DNA of 40,467 nt from Chiloscyllium plagiosum (lineage: Eukaryota): assembly GCF_004010195.1 (NCBI RefSeq), contig NW_025215028.1, forward strand, positions 18,770-59,236, read 5' to 3'. The notes beneath the pieces are model-generated. The model did no database searches and had not been told where the DNA came from. It was given only the letters and a program-made list of their open reading frames with translations. The first letter of the stretch is position 1. Every line of letters starts with the position of its first letter. A program made the position numbers and the translations under genes. Below, in pieces: positions 11,567 to 24,600 of this stretch.

Positions 11567-12776
11567 GTAAATCTTGTTACAATTTAGTTTGTATAAATCT
11601 CTTCGTTACATCAGACTCATTTCAGCTCAATGACTAATAATTATTTTATTTCCACTCAGTAATATAAATCCCGATGGCAGATAATAGTTTTCTAACTGTG
11701 TTTAAATCAAATAGTTTGTCAATTATAAGGCTCCTCAGTAGTGTCCAGTATTGTCTTTTTCTCTATACAGTGCAGAATGCGTTTGTCCTGAGGCTACATT
11801 GTTTGGGTTTGGCTGAGCACCGGCCCTGGCTGGTCTAGAAAGTGCTTAGCAGGGCTACTCTCTCTCCTTGGGAATACAAAGACTGCTATTGGTCAGATGG
11901 GTTTTGTAACAACCCACCTCTTAGTGATACCTGGTGTTTCCCATTCCTTCATGTGAAAGGAGCTCAGGCAGCTCGCTCCAAATGGGAACCCAGATACATC
12001 AGGTGGGCAATGGGTGCATTGAGCAGGTCATTATGGAGTGATAAGCGAAGGGCAGATGACCTTGATGATCTTGTGTGCTTTCCTTAGTCAGTAGATGTTT
12101 GGCGGAATGATTTTGTGAGGGCAGACAATAAGGTTAATATGAATTCCAAATGTGTGGTAGAAATGCAGGTAGTTAATATTTCCAAACTAACTCTGTGGTG
12201 TAATTCCTCAACTGAGAAAAGAAAATCTCTATTTGTAGTTCATACACACTCGACATTATCCTGTAATTGATTAGAATGTTGTGCACTATTTATCAAGATC
12301 TCCAAGAGTCACTCTGAATGAAGGTAATACTGATCATTACTGAATGGGAATAACCTCTTATTACTGTGGCCTCATGTTGCTCAGAGAACGTGTCATGTAG
12401 AATTGTACTGAGTGAGGATAACTGCTCAGATATGAATTTCTGACCCAGTGTTGTTGCTTTTCTAGTGCATCTATAAATGTAGCGTTGTTGTAAGTGTGTA
12501 GCACGAACAGGGGGATATCCATGACCTCAATTGTAAATATTGTAGGGAATATCTTTCAGTGGAGAGCTGTATTGAATGTGATTCAATAACTTGAACGCAA
12601 CATCCAATTCCCGTGGCAATGTGATGCAGTGAACAGCTTTCTGTAAAATTCTAACTGGGTCTGGGTTCTTAGCCAAAGGAGAACAACGAACCCAGTCTCC
12701 AAGTGTTACTGGCAACAGCTGTCAAAATACACTGAGTATGAGTTACCAACAAAAGGGAAACAATTCTCCCCAGTGC

Positions 12777-14135
12777 TCTTGCACAAGAAGGAGTATTTCT
12801 GAGGATAGAATTTAACTCGTGGGGAACTGAATGAAATAGAAGATTTGAATGCAGTTGTAACTAGGAGCATAATTGGACTGAAACAAAGCGATGTTTCTTT
12901 AATATGACATTTCTCATTTCTGATCTGTTCACTGACGGAGTTTGGAAATACGATGGATTACAAATGGGAAAATTTTTGGTTGAATATATTTGGTACAAGT
13001 GCAGTGTTCTATTAGGGATAAATAGGTGCGAACTCTTGCAAAAATGAAAATAACAGAACAACGGTGTGAATTCAATTAATTGTCCCATAGACGTACAATG
13101 TTTTCTTAAGTAATATTTTTGGGAGTGATTAATATTGCAGCAATGTTAGGACAAACTGTAGGACATGACTCTCATTCATTATCTCGATGTTAGTAAGGGT
13201 GGATATCGAGCAAGGCTGATTGCCACTATTCCACCTCTGAATCTGATTAGATCAATAACTTTTGAATCTATGATCCACTATCTATCCACAATTAATTTTA
13301 CAGTGACCGCTGCTTTATGATCCATATTCTCCTCGTGAGGAAGAGGATTTGATAAGGGCTGTGCTACAGTCAGTTTAAAGGCAAGCTAGAAAAATAACGA
13401 AAATATGTATTAATACATTGTTTCATCAAATAACTAACTCGTCTTGCACAAGAAGGAGTATCTCTGAGGAAAGAATTTAACGCTTGCGCAACTGAATGAA
13501 AGCGGATACTTGAATGTAATTATAACTAGGAACATAATTTCACTGAAACCTGCGATGCTTCTTTTACACTACATTTCTCATTTCACATTTCTGATCTGTT
13601 CACTGATGGAGCTATAAATGTAGTGTGGAAAGATAATGGTTTACAAGTGGAAACATCTTTGATTGGTATATTTGAAACTAAGTTTACAAAGTGCAGTGTT
13701 CTATTGGGGATAAAAAGTTGTGACCTCTTGCCAAAAGTGAAAATCACAAACCCACAATGTGAATTCAATCAGTTGTTCCATATACATATAATTTTTCCTT
13801 AAATAATATTTTTAGGAGCGATTAATCTTCCAGAAATGTTAGGATAGGCTGTAGGACATGGCTATTCTCATTCATTATTCACATGTTAATGAAGATGGAT
13901 GTCAAGTTAGACTGGTTTCCACTAATTCATCTCTGAATCAGATTAGATCATAATTTGTGAATCTACGATCCATCATCTATCAACAGTTAACGTTATAGTG
14001 ATCGCTGCTTTATGCTACATGTTCTCCTTGGGAGGAAGAGGATTTGATGAAGGCCGTGCTACAATCAGTTTTAAGGCAATCTAGAAAACTAACGAAAATA
14101 TGTATTAATTCATTGTTTCATCAAATAACTGACTC
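12777..14135. repeat. Direct tandem duplication, units 12777-13440 and 13442-14135
   Basis: Both start tcttgcacaagaaggagtat and end ttgtttcatcaaataact[a/g]actc; offset grows from 665 to 695 through indels. Confidence 0.9.
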
Positions 14136-14649
14136 ACATCTGCAAAATAATGACTACGGTGAATAATTCTGTTGGAGAGCATCACAGAGCATTAACAGTC
14201 CAGATTACATAATGTGTTACATTTAATACAGAAATTGTGAATGAGACGTTAACCTGATTCGGTTTTACCCGCCATCCGTACACACTATGACACTAACTGA
14301 GCTCACAAAGCCATTTCCAGAACTGTGACCCTTTCTGTTCTGTTAGTGTGATAATGACAAACAGGCTGACTCTGACGGGTGTCCAACCTCAATCACACAT
14401 TGTACAGTTTTGTTCCATCGCCTCTGACATTCCAGCACAACCACATGATCACTCTAAAGTGTGACAAACTCAGGATTGTCTTGCATTTATAGAAACATTG
14501 ATTACCTGTTCCTCAATTATATTTGCCGACATTTATAGTTATATTTTATTGACTGAAAACAAATATTCAACTCTTAAGCATATAAATTATGAACCCATAT
14601 TCACAACAGTGAGCCCTCAAAGAACTGAACTCAATGACATTACAGCTTG

Positions 14650-15640
14650 TTTTGGTTTCAGTTCTGAATGCAGGACAGGATGGTTATGGCTGATGGAGGT
14701 CAAACATCTCAGCCATCGCACATCTCTGTAGGAATTATTCAGGATCGCGTCCGAGAACGCAGAATGAATAATGCCTCATTCACAGCCCTTTCCTCCATCA
14801 TCATTTCTGAAGTAAAGAGGTTTGCGCATGGTCGTACGTTATGTAGCACCATTTACAACTCCTTCGATAATGAAGACATCTGTGTCCATATACGCTGAGA
14901 CAACACCGAATTTGGGCTGACAATTGGAAAGTAACATTAACATCCAACAAGCACCAGCTAACAACTGTCTCGAAAATGAGAACCTACCAATTTCCCATTA
15001 GCTTACTATGACATTACCGTCACTGACTGCATGACTTGAGCCAACCATTGACAAGAAAATGAACTTGTCTGGCCATAAAACTGCTGTATGTCAGACACCC
15101 TGAATCCTGTAGCAATACGCTGCCTGCCACCCTCTCCAATCCATCTGCTCCATCCAAAAAGCCGAGTTCAGGGATGGGATGGAATGCTCTCTCATGGATC
15201 TGGCTGAGTGGAACATTCACAGAACTCCTCATTGGTTGTTTGTAATGCATAATCACTACATTCAGCCCTCACACTCTTCACCATGCATGACCAGAAATTG
15301 ATACCACCTAAAAGATGCAAACTAGGAACACCCCAACTCTCTCTTTCAACAGCACCTCATAAACACATGACACATGACCAAAGGCTGCAGATGAACTGAA
15401 ACATTGTCACATACAAGTTCCCTCTCAAAAACAGATTTCATTCCGAGTGGGAAATACAGTATCTGGTTGTACCATCACTGTTGCTGGGTATCATTTCTGC
15501 GATTCCCTTCTGAAAACTCTGGAAATTTCTGCATCCCAGGCATGACAGATATTCAAAAAGGCAGATCTCCAACAGCATCAAAATGGCGATTAGAGCTGGG
15601 CAATCAACACTTAAGCTTATGTTGCATGAGCACATTGAAA
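14650..15640 (+). mobile_element. Old degraded LINE RT/3' fragment
   Basis: ALSSIIISEVKRFAHGRTLCSTI (degenerate FADD region) then tgggctgacaattgg (WADNW); reverse-orientation match to the 2400-3700 and 39150-39660 family. Confidence 0.6.
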
Positions 15641-16124
15641 ATAATCATGATTGCCATCTCTGCAAGAAGACATCTGTGATCGCAACGCGTGTTAGTGACC
15701 ACAGGAATTTCCTGTACAGCACAGAACATGAGAAACATTCAAAGTAAAATATTGGATGCTTTGTGCTGAGGTATTGCTGGATTCAGAGCGTCTGTTATCC
15801 CAGAGGACAGTTCGTGTTATGTCTTAATTGGCTAATTCCGATGAATTTCTGAACTCTTGCGAGTATCAACACCAATAGACAGAGCCTTTTTGCCTCAGTT
15901 GTGTGTGCTTGGACCTGGCCTATGTGTTGGCGTTCCCTACTGCAGAAAACGGTGATGAGTCAAGTGAAGGATCTCTTATCTTCAAAAGTGGATCGGTTTT
16001 GGGAGTTGCATATTTGTGACAATCAACTCAGAGTCCGAATATTCATTTCAATGGGATGCTGTGAAAAGTGGAGAAGTTGTCTATTCTAGGGAGTTAGGTA
16101 TGTGTGCGAAGCTCCATTTTCTGT

Positions 16125-16399
16125 TATTCATTCAATGGATGTGGGTATGACTACCTCAGCCAGTAATTAACACCCATCCCGAACTGCCCAGAGAACACGT
16201 AAGAGTTACCAAATTGTCATGTGTTTGGAGTCACATGTAGGCCAGGCCATGTTAGGATGAAAGATTATCTTCACTAAGGGACATATGCTAAGGAGTTTTT
16301 TTTTTCGAGACGATTGACAAGAGTTTAATGGTCACCATTAGACTGTCAAGTCCAGATTTTGATTTAACTCAAAGTTCATTGTCTGCCATAGCAGAGATT
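16125..16399 (-). mobile_element. SINE-like repeat, same family as 3710-3815
   Basis: tggagtcacatgtaggccaggccatgttaggatg...taagggacat...gacgattgacaa. Confidence 0.6.
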
Positions 16400-16560
16400 G
16401 AGTCGAGAGTGTGGTGCTGGAAAAACACAGCAGGTCGGGTAGTATCCGAGGAGCAGGAAAATCGACATTTCAGGCATCAGCTCTTCATCAGTAATGCTGT
16501 GTTTTTCTCCCACACAACTCCCGACTCTGATCTTCCGCATTTTCAGTCCTCACTTTCTGC
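16400..16560 (-). ncRNA. Hammerhead-bearing insert (type A) with inverted partial copy
   Basis: Minus strand: CUGAUGA(16491-16485)-A-GAGC-UGAU-GCCU-GAAAUGUC-GAU; inverted arms 16400-16432 and 16495-16527. Confidence 0.7.
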
Positions 16561-17067
16561 TCTCATCTCCCCGAATGCTTGACATTGGACTGAATTCACA
16601 AAAACAGTATCTGATACCAAGCAATCATACAATGTATGGATCTCCCAGAACAAGCTGGGGCACAATTCTGGTGACCTCTATGGAGAGTGCTGCTTTCACT
16701 ATGGGGATTCCTAGCAATTTGGGAGGAGGGTCTCTGTTCACAAAGAGAACTGCTGGAGCTTGGACTTCAGGCAGGAAGCTTTGCTTCATCCATGATTTCC
16801 AAACCGGAAATTTGCAATTGTCAATGCTGCCTCAATTCAGTTTTACTTGAGTGGGGGCTGTGGTGTACAATCTTTAACGTTGTGGGGGTAGTCCATACCA
16901 ACTATTAACATTCTTCTGACTGCAGTGGCTATCCAACTTGAGACATGGTGTTTGGATTCTCTGCTGAAAACTTCCATGCTTCAGATTGTCGTTATGTTCA
17001 ATCCTGCACAAGTGGGGTTGTGGGGGTGGGGGTGGTGTGGAACGATGTGGGGTGGCAGTTCGATGAC

Positions 17068-17555
17068 CAATCAAAATATTTACAAGGATGTTGCCAGGGT
17101 GAGAGGAGTTGAGGTGTAGGGCGATGCTGAACAGGCTGGAGCTGTTTTTCCTGATGCGCCGGAGGCTGAGGGATGACCTTATAGAAGTTTAAAAAACCAT
17201 GAGGGGCATGGATAGGATAAATAGACAGAGTCTTTTCCCTGGAATGGAGGGGTCCAGAACTAGACGTCATAGGTTTAGGGTGAGAGAGGAAAAATATAAA
17301 AGAGGCCAAGGGGCAACTATTTCACACAGAGGGTGGTATCTGTATGGAATGAGCTGCCAGAGGAAGTGTGGGAGGCTGGTACAATTACAATATTTAAGAG
17401 GCATTTGGATGGTATATGAATGGGAAGGGTTTAGAGGGATACGGGCCAGGTGTTGACAGTTAAGACTAGATTGGGTTGGGATATCTGGTCGGCCTGGACG
17501 GGTTCGACTGAAGAGTCTTTTGCCATGCTGTACATCTCTATGACTCTATGACTCT
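17068..17555 (+). mobile_element. CR1 3'-end fragment
   Basis: MRGMDRINRQSLFP..SRTRRHRF; tail tctctatgactctatgactct. Confidence 0.9.
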
Positions 17556-17790
17556 TTGATCATACACTGATTACTGTGACCTATACAGGCATGTTATCCT
17601 CCATATTCTCAATTTTACTTTGTCATTCGTCTATTCAAAATGTTCCAAAGTCATCCATTGATTTACTTGCTTTCTTGGACTGGTGTAAATCATGTTTTGT
17701 AAAATCTTTGTGAAAGTGTTAAATATTCTGCTGTGTGTAATATTTCCAGCTGGTGTGTTAGTCAAAGATGTGACGGATTTAATAGAACTT

Positions 17791-18295
17791 AGTCATCGAG
17801 TCATACAGTCATAGAGACGTATGCCACGGAAACAGACCCTTTGGTCCAACCCATCCATGCCGACCGGATATCCTAACCTAATATCGTCCCATTTGCCAGC
17901 ATTTGTGCCGTATCACTCGAAATCCTTCCTGTTCATATACCCATCCAGGTGCCTTTTAAATGTTGGATTGTATCACCTTCCACCACCTTCTCTGGCTGCG
18001 CATTCCATATACACACCACCTTCTTTGTGAAAATGTTGCCCCGTTGGTCCCTTTTAAAATTCCCCCCTAATCCTAAACCTATGGCATCTAGTTCTGGACT
18101 TCCTCCACCCCAGAGAAAATACCTTGTCTCTTCACGCTATCTCTGCTCTTCATGATTTTATAAACATCTATAAGGTCACCCCTCAGCCTCGAACATTCCA
18201 GGGAAAACAGCCCCAACTTATTCAGACTCTCCTTACAGTTCAAATCCTCCAACCATGGCAATAGTCTTGAAAGTCATTTCTGAATCTTTTCCAGC
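17791..18295 (-). mobile_element. CR1 3'-end fragment
   Basis: Reverse-complement tail agtcatcgagtcatacagtcatagag; homologous to 17068-17555. Confidence 0.9.
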
Positions 18296-18296
18296 T

Positions 18297-18393
18297 TATT
18301 CCTGATGAAGCGATTTTGCGTGAAACGTCAATTATCCAGCTCCTCGGACACTCCCTGATTTGCTATGCTTTTCCAGCACCACACACTTAACTC
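18297..18393 (+). ncRNA. Hammerhead-bearing short repeat (type A) retaining GAAACGUC
   Basis: CUGAUGA(18302-18308)-AGCGAUUUUGCGU-GAAACGUC-AAU, then gctcctcggac...tgctatgcttttccagcaccacac; stem II is imperfect. Confidence 0.65.
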
Positions 18394-18667
18394 CTATGTT
18401 CACATCCAAATCATGCAAGGCCATAATGAAATGGTAGGGAAGAATGTCAGAAACAACACGAACTGACAATGGGAATGATCCTGCGTGACTGAGCTGTGTT
18501 CGCTTCTCGACTCTCTCTCTCAGTTTTTCCGATTACCCAGCTCCTTCTCCGAATTAAGATGCTCCTTAAAATTTACCTCCTGGAACAATTATTGCCAAAT
18601 GAGCTAATATCACCTTCTATGGGTCAATGTAAGTTGATATGATATACGTCTTTTTAAGTACGTTTCT

Positions 18668-19205
18668 AGAGACATAGAGTTTTATACCATTGAAACAGGG
18701 CATTTGGTCCCAATCATCCATGCCAACCAGATATCCTGATTTAATCCGATACCATTTGGCAGCATTTGGCCCATATCCCTCGAAACCCTTCCTATTCATA
18801 TATCCATTCAGATACCTTTTAAATGCTGTAATTATACCAGCATCCACCACTTCCTCGGCAGCTAATTCCATACAAAGCACCGCACTCTTTGTAAGAAAGT
18901 TACCCATCAGGTTCATTTTAAACCTTTCCTCTCTCATCTTAAATCTGTCTAGTTTTGGAATCCTCTTCACTGAAAAAAAAAATTGTCTATTTACCCTATC
19001 TATATCCCTTACAATTTTATAAACTTCTGTCAGGTCAACACCGCCCCCCACCCCAACTCAGACTCTGACACTGCAGAAAAATAGCCCCAGCCCATTCAAC
19101 CTATCCCTGTAGCTCAAATTGTCCAAACCTAGTAACTCCTTGTAATTTTTTTCTGAACACTTACAAGTTTAATAGCATCTTTCCTATAACAGGGAGACCA
19201 GAATA
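18668..19205 (-). mobile_element. CR1 3'-end fragment
   Basis: DLTEVYKIVRDIDRVN...EEVVDAGIITAFKRYLNGYMNRKGFEGYG. Confidence 0.9.
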
Positions 19206-19214
19206 ACAGACCAG

Positions 19215-21300
19215 TTACTGTGTTCAGCCATTGCTTCCTAATCTTATCAGCCTTGCATTTTACACTTACAGGAACATCATACTTCTGAACTCTCATTATC
19301 ACACAATTGAAGGCATCCCATTTGCAAACAGTTTATTCCAATCAACTTTTCAAAGCTCATCTTTATATCCTTAAAATGTGTCTTACTCCAATTAAGACCT
19401 TTAACTTTTGTTGTAGACTTACCCATTTTCATAACTGTTTTAATTCTGATAGTATTATGATCACTCGTGCCTAAGTGTTCCCCTACTAACACTTCAGTTA
19501 CTTGACTTGCTTTATTTCCGAAAAGTTGCCCTAGTACCTCAGTGATTCAATCGCTCACTCTGTTGCCTCAAAGCAGGAGAGACCCATGTTTGATCCTCCC
19601 CTGCAGTGACGGAGCTTCCGTGAGGTTTGCATATGCTCCCTGTGTCTGTGTGGGTTTCCTCCAGTTACTCTGGTTTTATTCCACAGTCCAAAAATGCGCA
19701 AGTTAATTGGTTGGCCATTATACCACAGAGTTCAAGGAATGTGCAGATTAGGTGTGCTACCCAATGGGAAATATAGAATAGGGCTATTGGTCCAGGTGTG
19801 ATCCTCTTCCATGATTTAGTATGGATTTGTTAGGCTGAATGATCTTTTTCCACACTGTATGGGTTTAAGAAGTTCAAGTTTTGCTCCTTCTCCAGCTGGA
19901 ACATTAATGCATTGATAAAGAAACTTTTCTTGAACACATTTCGGAAATTCACCTTGATCCAAACCTTTAACACTTTGGCAGTCCCAGTCAGTGTTCGGAA
20001 AATTAAAATCCCATACTTTTACAACCTCATAATTCTTACATATATTTGAGAGCTCTGAATATTTGCTTCTGAATTTCCTTCTGACTGTTGAGGATGCCTA
20101 TAGTCCAATCCCATGTAGATGACCATCCCTTTCTTATTTCTAATTTCAAACCGTAGAAGTTTACCAAATGGTCCTTCAGTCATGTTTATGCTAAGCACAG
20201 TAGGAAGTATTTCCTGAATCAAAAAGGCCACTCCCCCACCTTGTCCTGCCACTCTTCCTATCCTTTCCATAACATCTGAAACATGGAACATTGAGCAGCC
20301 TCTCTCATGCTGCCCTGAGGCAGCTTTCCGTATTACCTACAGCAGCCCAGTCCCATGTTCCCTTACATGCCCTGAATTCATTGGCCAGATCTGTTAGATC
20401 TCTTGCACTGAAATGAACTCAGTTTAATTTGTCAGAATTATTTGGTTCTCTGACCTGGTCCTGTCTGTTTTTTGTTCTAATTAACTGGCTCTTTTCTGAT
20501 TCAGAACCACCCACACATCTCTTTCTATTTTCATTGTTATGTAGGAAGTCCTTATCCCCATCTCTAAAAGTGTACATGCTCTTGAATTAGAACTATTAGA
20601 TCTTCCCACCAGGTTATAGGTCCCTTTCCAGTTCAGGTGAAACACACCTTTTTGAACAGGTCGTTTCTGTCCCAGACGATATTCAAATGATCCAGCACTT
20701 CAATCATTGATTTATCTGTCCTCTCCTTTAATTCCTTCTCTCATGAGAACTTGGCATCAGCAGAAAACCCGAGATTACTACTTGTGATGTTCTGTATTTT
20801 AACCTTCTACCTAACCTCATAGACTCACTCTGCAAAGCTTTAACCCGTTCCTTGACTATTTCATTCCTCTCAATGTGTACAATAAACTCCAGCTTCTCAC
20901 TTTCCCCTTTAAATATCTGCTTCACACACTTTGAGAAGTCCTTTAAACTGGCATCAGAAAAGCAACACACTATTCTAGATTCACACTCACTGCTGGAGAA
21001 TCTCCTGTCTGTGCCCCTGACAGCAGAGCCCACAATAACATTTATTCTTTTAAATCTTGACGGACTCGTTTAACGCAAGTTTTATTCTTCGTGCCCAAGG
21101 CCTGGCTATTATTTCAATTTACCTTTGAGAGACTATCTCTTTCAACAGCACCTGAAACAGAACAGAGAGAGGAATAGCTGCAGGAGAGTTCTGAACGACC
21201 CTTTTCTCTTTCCTGACAATCGTCTACCTGACTGTTCCTGATGTGTAATCACTTCTGTCAATCTACTCGTCGTCACACTCAGCGTCTCCTCTATGTCTTG
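19215..21300 (-). mobile_element. Degraded CR1 5' half (ORF1 esterase-like domain plus endonuclease)
   Basis: VRGTDRRF..SRIVCCF..FIVHI (ORF1); GGGVAFLI, VGEHLGTSDHNTI (APE). Confidence 0.85.
19535..19862 (+). mobile_element. Older HE1-like V-SINE nested in CR1
   Basis: tttgcatatgctccctgtgtctgtgtgggtttcctcc...ccacagtccaaa; tail ttttccacactgt. Confidence 0.8.
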
Positions 21301-21514
21301 AAAGACATTAAGTCTAAAATGAGCAACCTCTCAACTGCACGTTATATCTAAAAGCACAATGGTTTTCCTAAACCACAGATTTAATACAGAACATGCAAAA
21401 AAAAGTAATGAAAAGTAATTTTAATATTAAAAATAATTCAGAGTTAACTTTACAAATGAAAAACATATTCTCAAATAATCAAGTGCTCGGTTGGTCAATT
21501 AACTCGGAGTGGTT

Positions 21515-21588
21515 GTTTGGTTAGCTCAGATGGTTAAAGCATCGTCATAGTTACACCAAGGTCGTGGGTTCAATCCCCACACTGATCC
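21515..21588 (+). pseudogene. tRNA-Ile(AAT)-like pseudogene or tRNA-derived head
   Basis: ggttagctcagatggttaaagc...ccaaggtcgtgggttcaatcccc is colinear with vertebrate tRNA-Ile-AAT as I recall it; A and B boxes recognisable; anticodon position reads AGT; stems mismatched. Confidence 0.7.
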
Positions 21589-21648
21589 GGTGTGCTCTTG
21601 CAGTTTGCGACTCAGCGATGCTCGCCCTGTCGAAGTTGGCCTTAGATT

Positions 21649-24600
21649 ACTGGTTCGGGGGAAGTAGGGGCAATTATAAACAAGATGGTCTACATCTGAA
21701 CCAGACTGGAGCCAATGGCTTTCGGGGAGTTTTCGCTATTACTGGTGGAGAGGTTTTATACGAATTAGCAGGAGGCTGGGAACCAGGAGAGAAAACAAGT
21801 AGGGAGTGAAGTGGAGACTGGAGACTGCAAGGATCCTGAAGATAGCGTTAATTAAGGGAAGGGTAGTCAGAGAGCAGATGAATGCAAAAGAACTGGTAGC
21901 CTGAAATGCACCTACCTTAATGCAAGTAGTATAGTGTGTAAGGCAGATGAACTTAGGGCTTGGATTGGTGCCTGGGAGTATGACGTTATTGCAATCACAG
22001 AGACTTGGTTGAAGGAAGGGCATGATTGACAATTAAATATTCTAGAATATGGACGCTTCAGACAGGACAGGGAGGGAAGTAAAAGGGGTGTGGAATTGCA
22101 TTGCTGGTCAGAGATGATATCATGGCTGGACTAAAGGAGGACACTATGGAGGTCTTGGATAGTGAGGCATTATGGGTGGAGCTGAGAAACATGAATTGTG
22201 CAGTTACATTGTTGAGTCTATATTACAGGCCTACTAACAGTGAGCATGAGGTAGAAGAACAAATAGGTAAATAGATTATGGAAAGATGTAGAGACAATAG
22301 GGTAGTGGTGGTGGGAGATTTTAATTTTCCCATCATTGACTAGATGCACTCAGCGTCAGAGTTCTGGATGGTGTAGAATTTGTTAGAAGCGACCCGGAGA
22401 GTTTTCTGGAGCAGTATGTCAATAATTCAATTAGGGAAGGGGCCATATTGGACCTGGTACTGGGGAACGAGCCAGGACAGTTCGTAGAAGTTGTGGTGGG
22501 GGATTTGTTTGGGAAAAGTGACCACAATTCTGTAAGTTTTAGAATTCTCGTAGAAAAATATGAGAGTAGTCCTAAGGGAAGAGTACGAAGGCCAAGGCCA
22601 AGGCCAAGGCCAATTATATTAAAATTAGGCAGGAGCTGGGAAGTGTGGATAGGACACAGGTATTTGAAGGGAAGACCACATTTGAAATGTGGGAGGCTTT
22701 CAAGGATAGGTTAAAGATAGTGCAGGATAGGTATGTCCCGGTGAAGGCAAAGGAGAGGAAGGGCAAGATTCGTGAGCTGTGGATGACAGGAGAAACTGTG
22801 CAATTAGCCAAGAGGAAAAGAGAAGCGTACATAAGGTCCCAGCAGCTAAGAACAGAATGGGCCCTGGAGTAATATCGGAAGAGTAGCACAAGTCTTAAAC
22901 GAGGAATCAAGCGGGCTAAAAGGGGTCATGAAATACCTTTAGTGAGCAGAATTAAGGAGAATCCCAAAGCATTTTCTTCTTATATAAGAAACCAGTGGGT
23001 AGCTAGAGAAAGGTTTGGTCCATAAAAGATAACGAAGGAAGGTTGTTTGCCGCACCTGAGAGAATTGGTGAAACTCTGAATGATAACTTTGCGTCAGTGT
23101 TCACTGAGGAGAGGAACGTGTTTAATGTTGAGATTAGAGATAGAAGTTTGATTAGTCTAGATCACGTAGTGAAGATGTGTTGGGTAGGCTCGTGGTCATT
23201 AAGGAGGACAAGTCCCCAGGACCGGATGGGATCTATCCTAGGTTGCGGAGGGATGTGTGACAGATATCTTTGTGGCGTCCTTAATTACAGTTGAGGTGCC
23301 GGAGGACTGGAAGATTGTTCATGCTGGCCCCTGTACAAGAAGGATAGTAGGGATATTCCGGGTAATACAGACTGGTGAGCCTGACGTCTATGGTGAGAAA
23401 GTTGCTGAAGAGGGTACTAAGGGATAGGATCTATTTAGATTTAGAAAAGGTTGGTTTATCAGTGATAAGCAGCATGGTTTTGGTTTTGTGCAGGGGAGAT
23501 CATGCCTTACCAACTTAATAGAGTTCTTCGAGGAAGTGACCAAGTTGGTAGATGAAGGAAGGGCTGCTGATGTAATATACATGGACTTTAATGAGGCATT
23601 TGATAAGCTTCCCCATGGTAGACTAATGGAGAAAGTGAATTCACATGATGTGCAGGGTGTTCCAGCTAGGTGGATAAAAAAATGGTTGAAAAAGAAGAAA
23701 CAGTGAGTAGTAGTTGAAGGGAGTTTCTCAAAATGGAGAAAGGTGACGAGTGGTGTTCCATAGGGGCCAGTGTTGGGGCCACTGTTGTTTGTGATATATA
23801 CAAATGATCTGGAAGAGGACACTGTTGGTATGATCAGCAAGTTTTAAGATGACACGAAGATTGGTGGAGTAGCAGAAAGCATAAGGAACTGTCAAAGAAT
23901 ACAGGAGAATATAGATAAACTGGAGAGTTGCGCGGAAAATTGGCAGATCGATTTCAATCCAGACAAATGTGAGGTGATGCATTTAAGTAAGACTAATTCT
24001 AGTGCGAATTATACAATGAATGGATTAGCCTTGGTAAAGGTTCTTGGGCAGAGAGATCTGAGATTGCAGGTCCATTGGACACTGAAGGTTGCTGCACTGT
24101 GCCTTCATTGCACGAGGTTTGAGTATAAGAGCTGGCAAGTCATGTTAAAATTGTACAAGACATTGTTTCGGCCGCATTTACAATACTGTGTACAGTTCTT
24201 GTCGCCACATTACCAAAAGGATGTGGACGTTTTGGAGAGGGTGCAGAGAAGATTTACAAGGATGTTGCCTGGTCTGGAAGTTGCTAGATATGAAGAGAGG
24301 TTGAGTAGGTTATGTTTGTTTTCATTGGAAAAAAGGAGATGGGGGGACTGATTGAGGTTTACAAAATCCTGAAGGGTGTAGACAGGTTGCATAGAGAAAA
24401 GTTTTTTCCCAGTGTGAAGGATTCAATAACGAGACTTCACACTTTCAAGGTGAGAGGTGGAAATTTTAAGGGATTATACACCGCAAGTACTTCACACAGA
24501 GGGTGGTGGAGGTTTGGAATGCACTGCCAGCAGTGGTAGTAGAGGCAGGCATGTAGATTCATTTATGATGCGTCTGGACAGATGCATGAGTAGGGAGTAA

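Noticed and set aside
11800..12100. GC-richer island with an 81-aa ORF, considered as GPCR exon 2
   Set aside because: No TM2-like or NLxxIxIL-like motif; probably an unidentified TE fragment
21515..21588. Functional tRNA-Thr(AGT)
   Set aside because: Body resembles tRNA-Ile; acceptor and anticodon stems are mismatched; treated as a pseudogene
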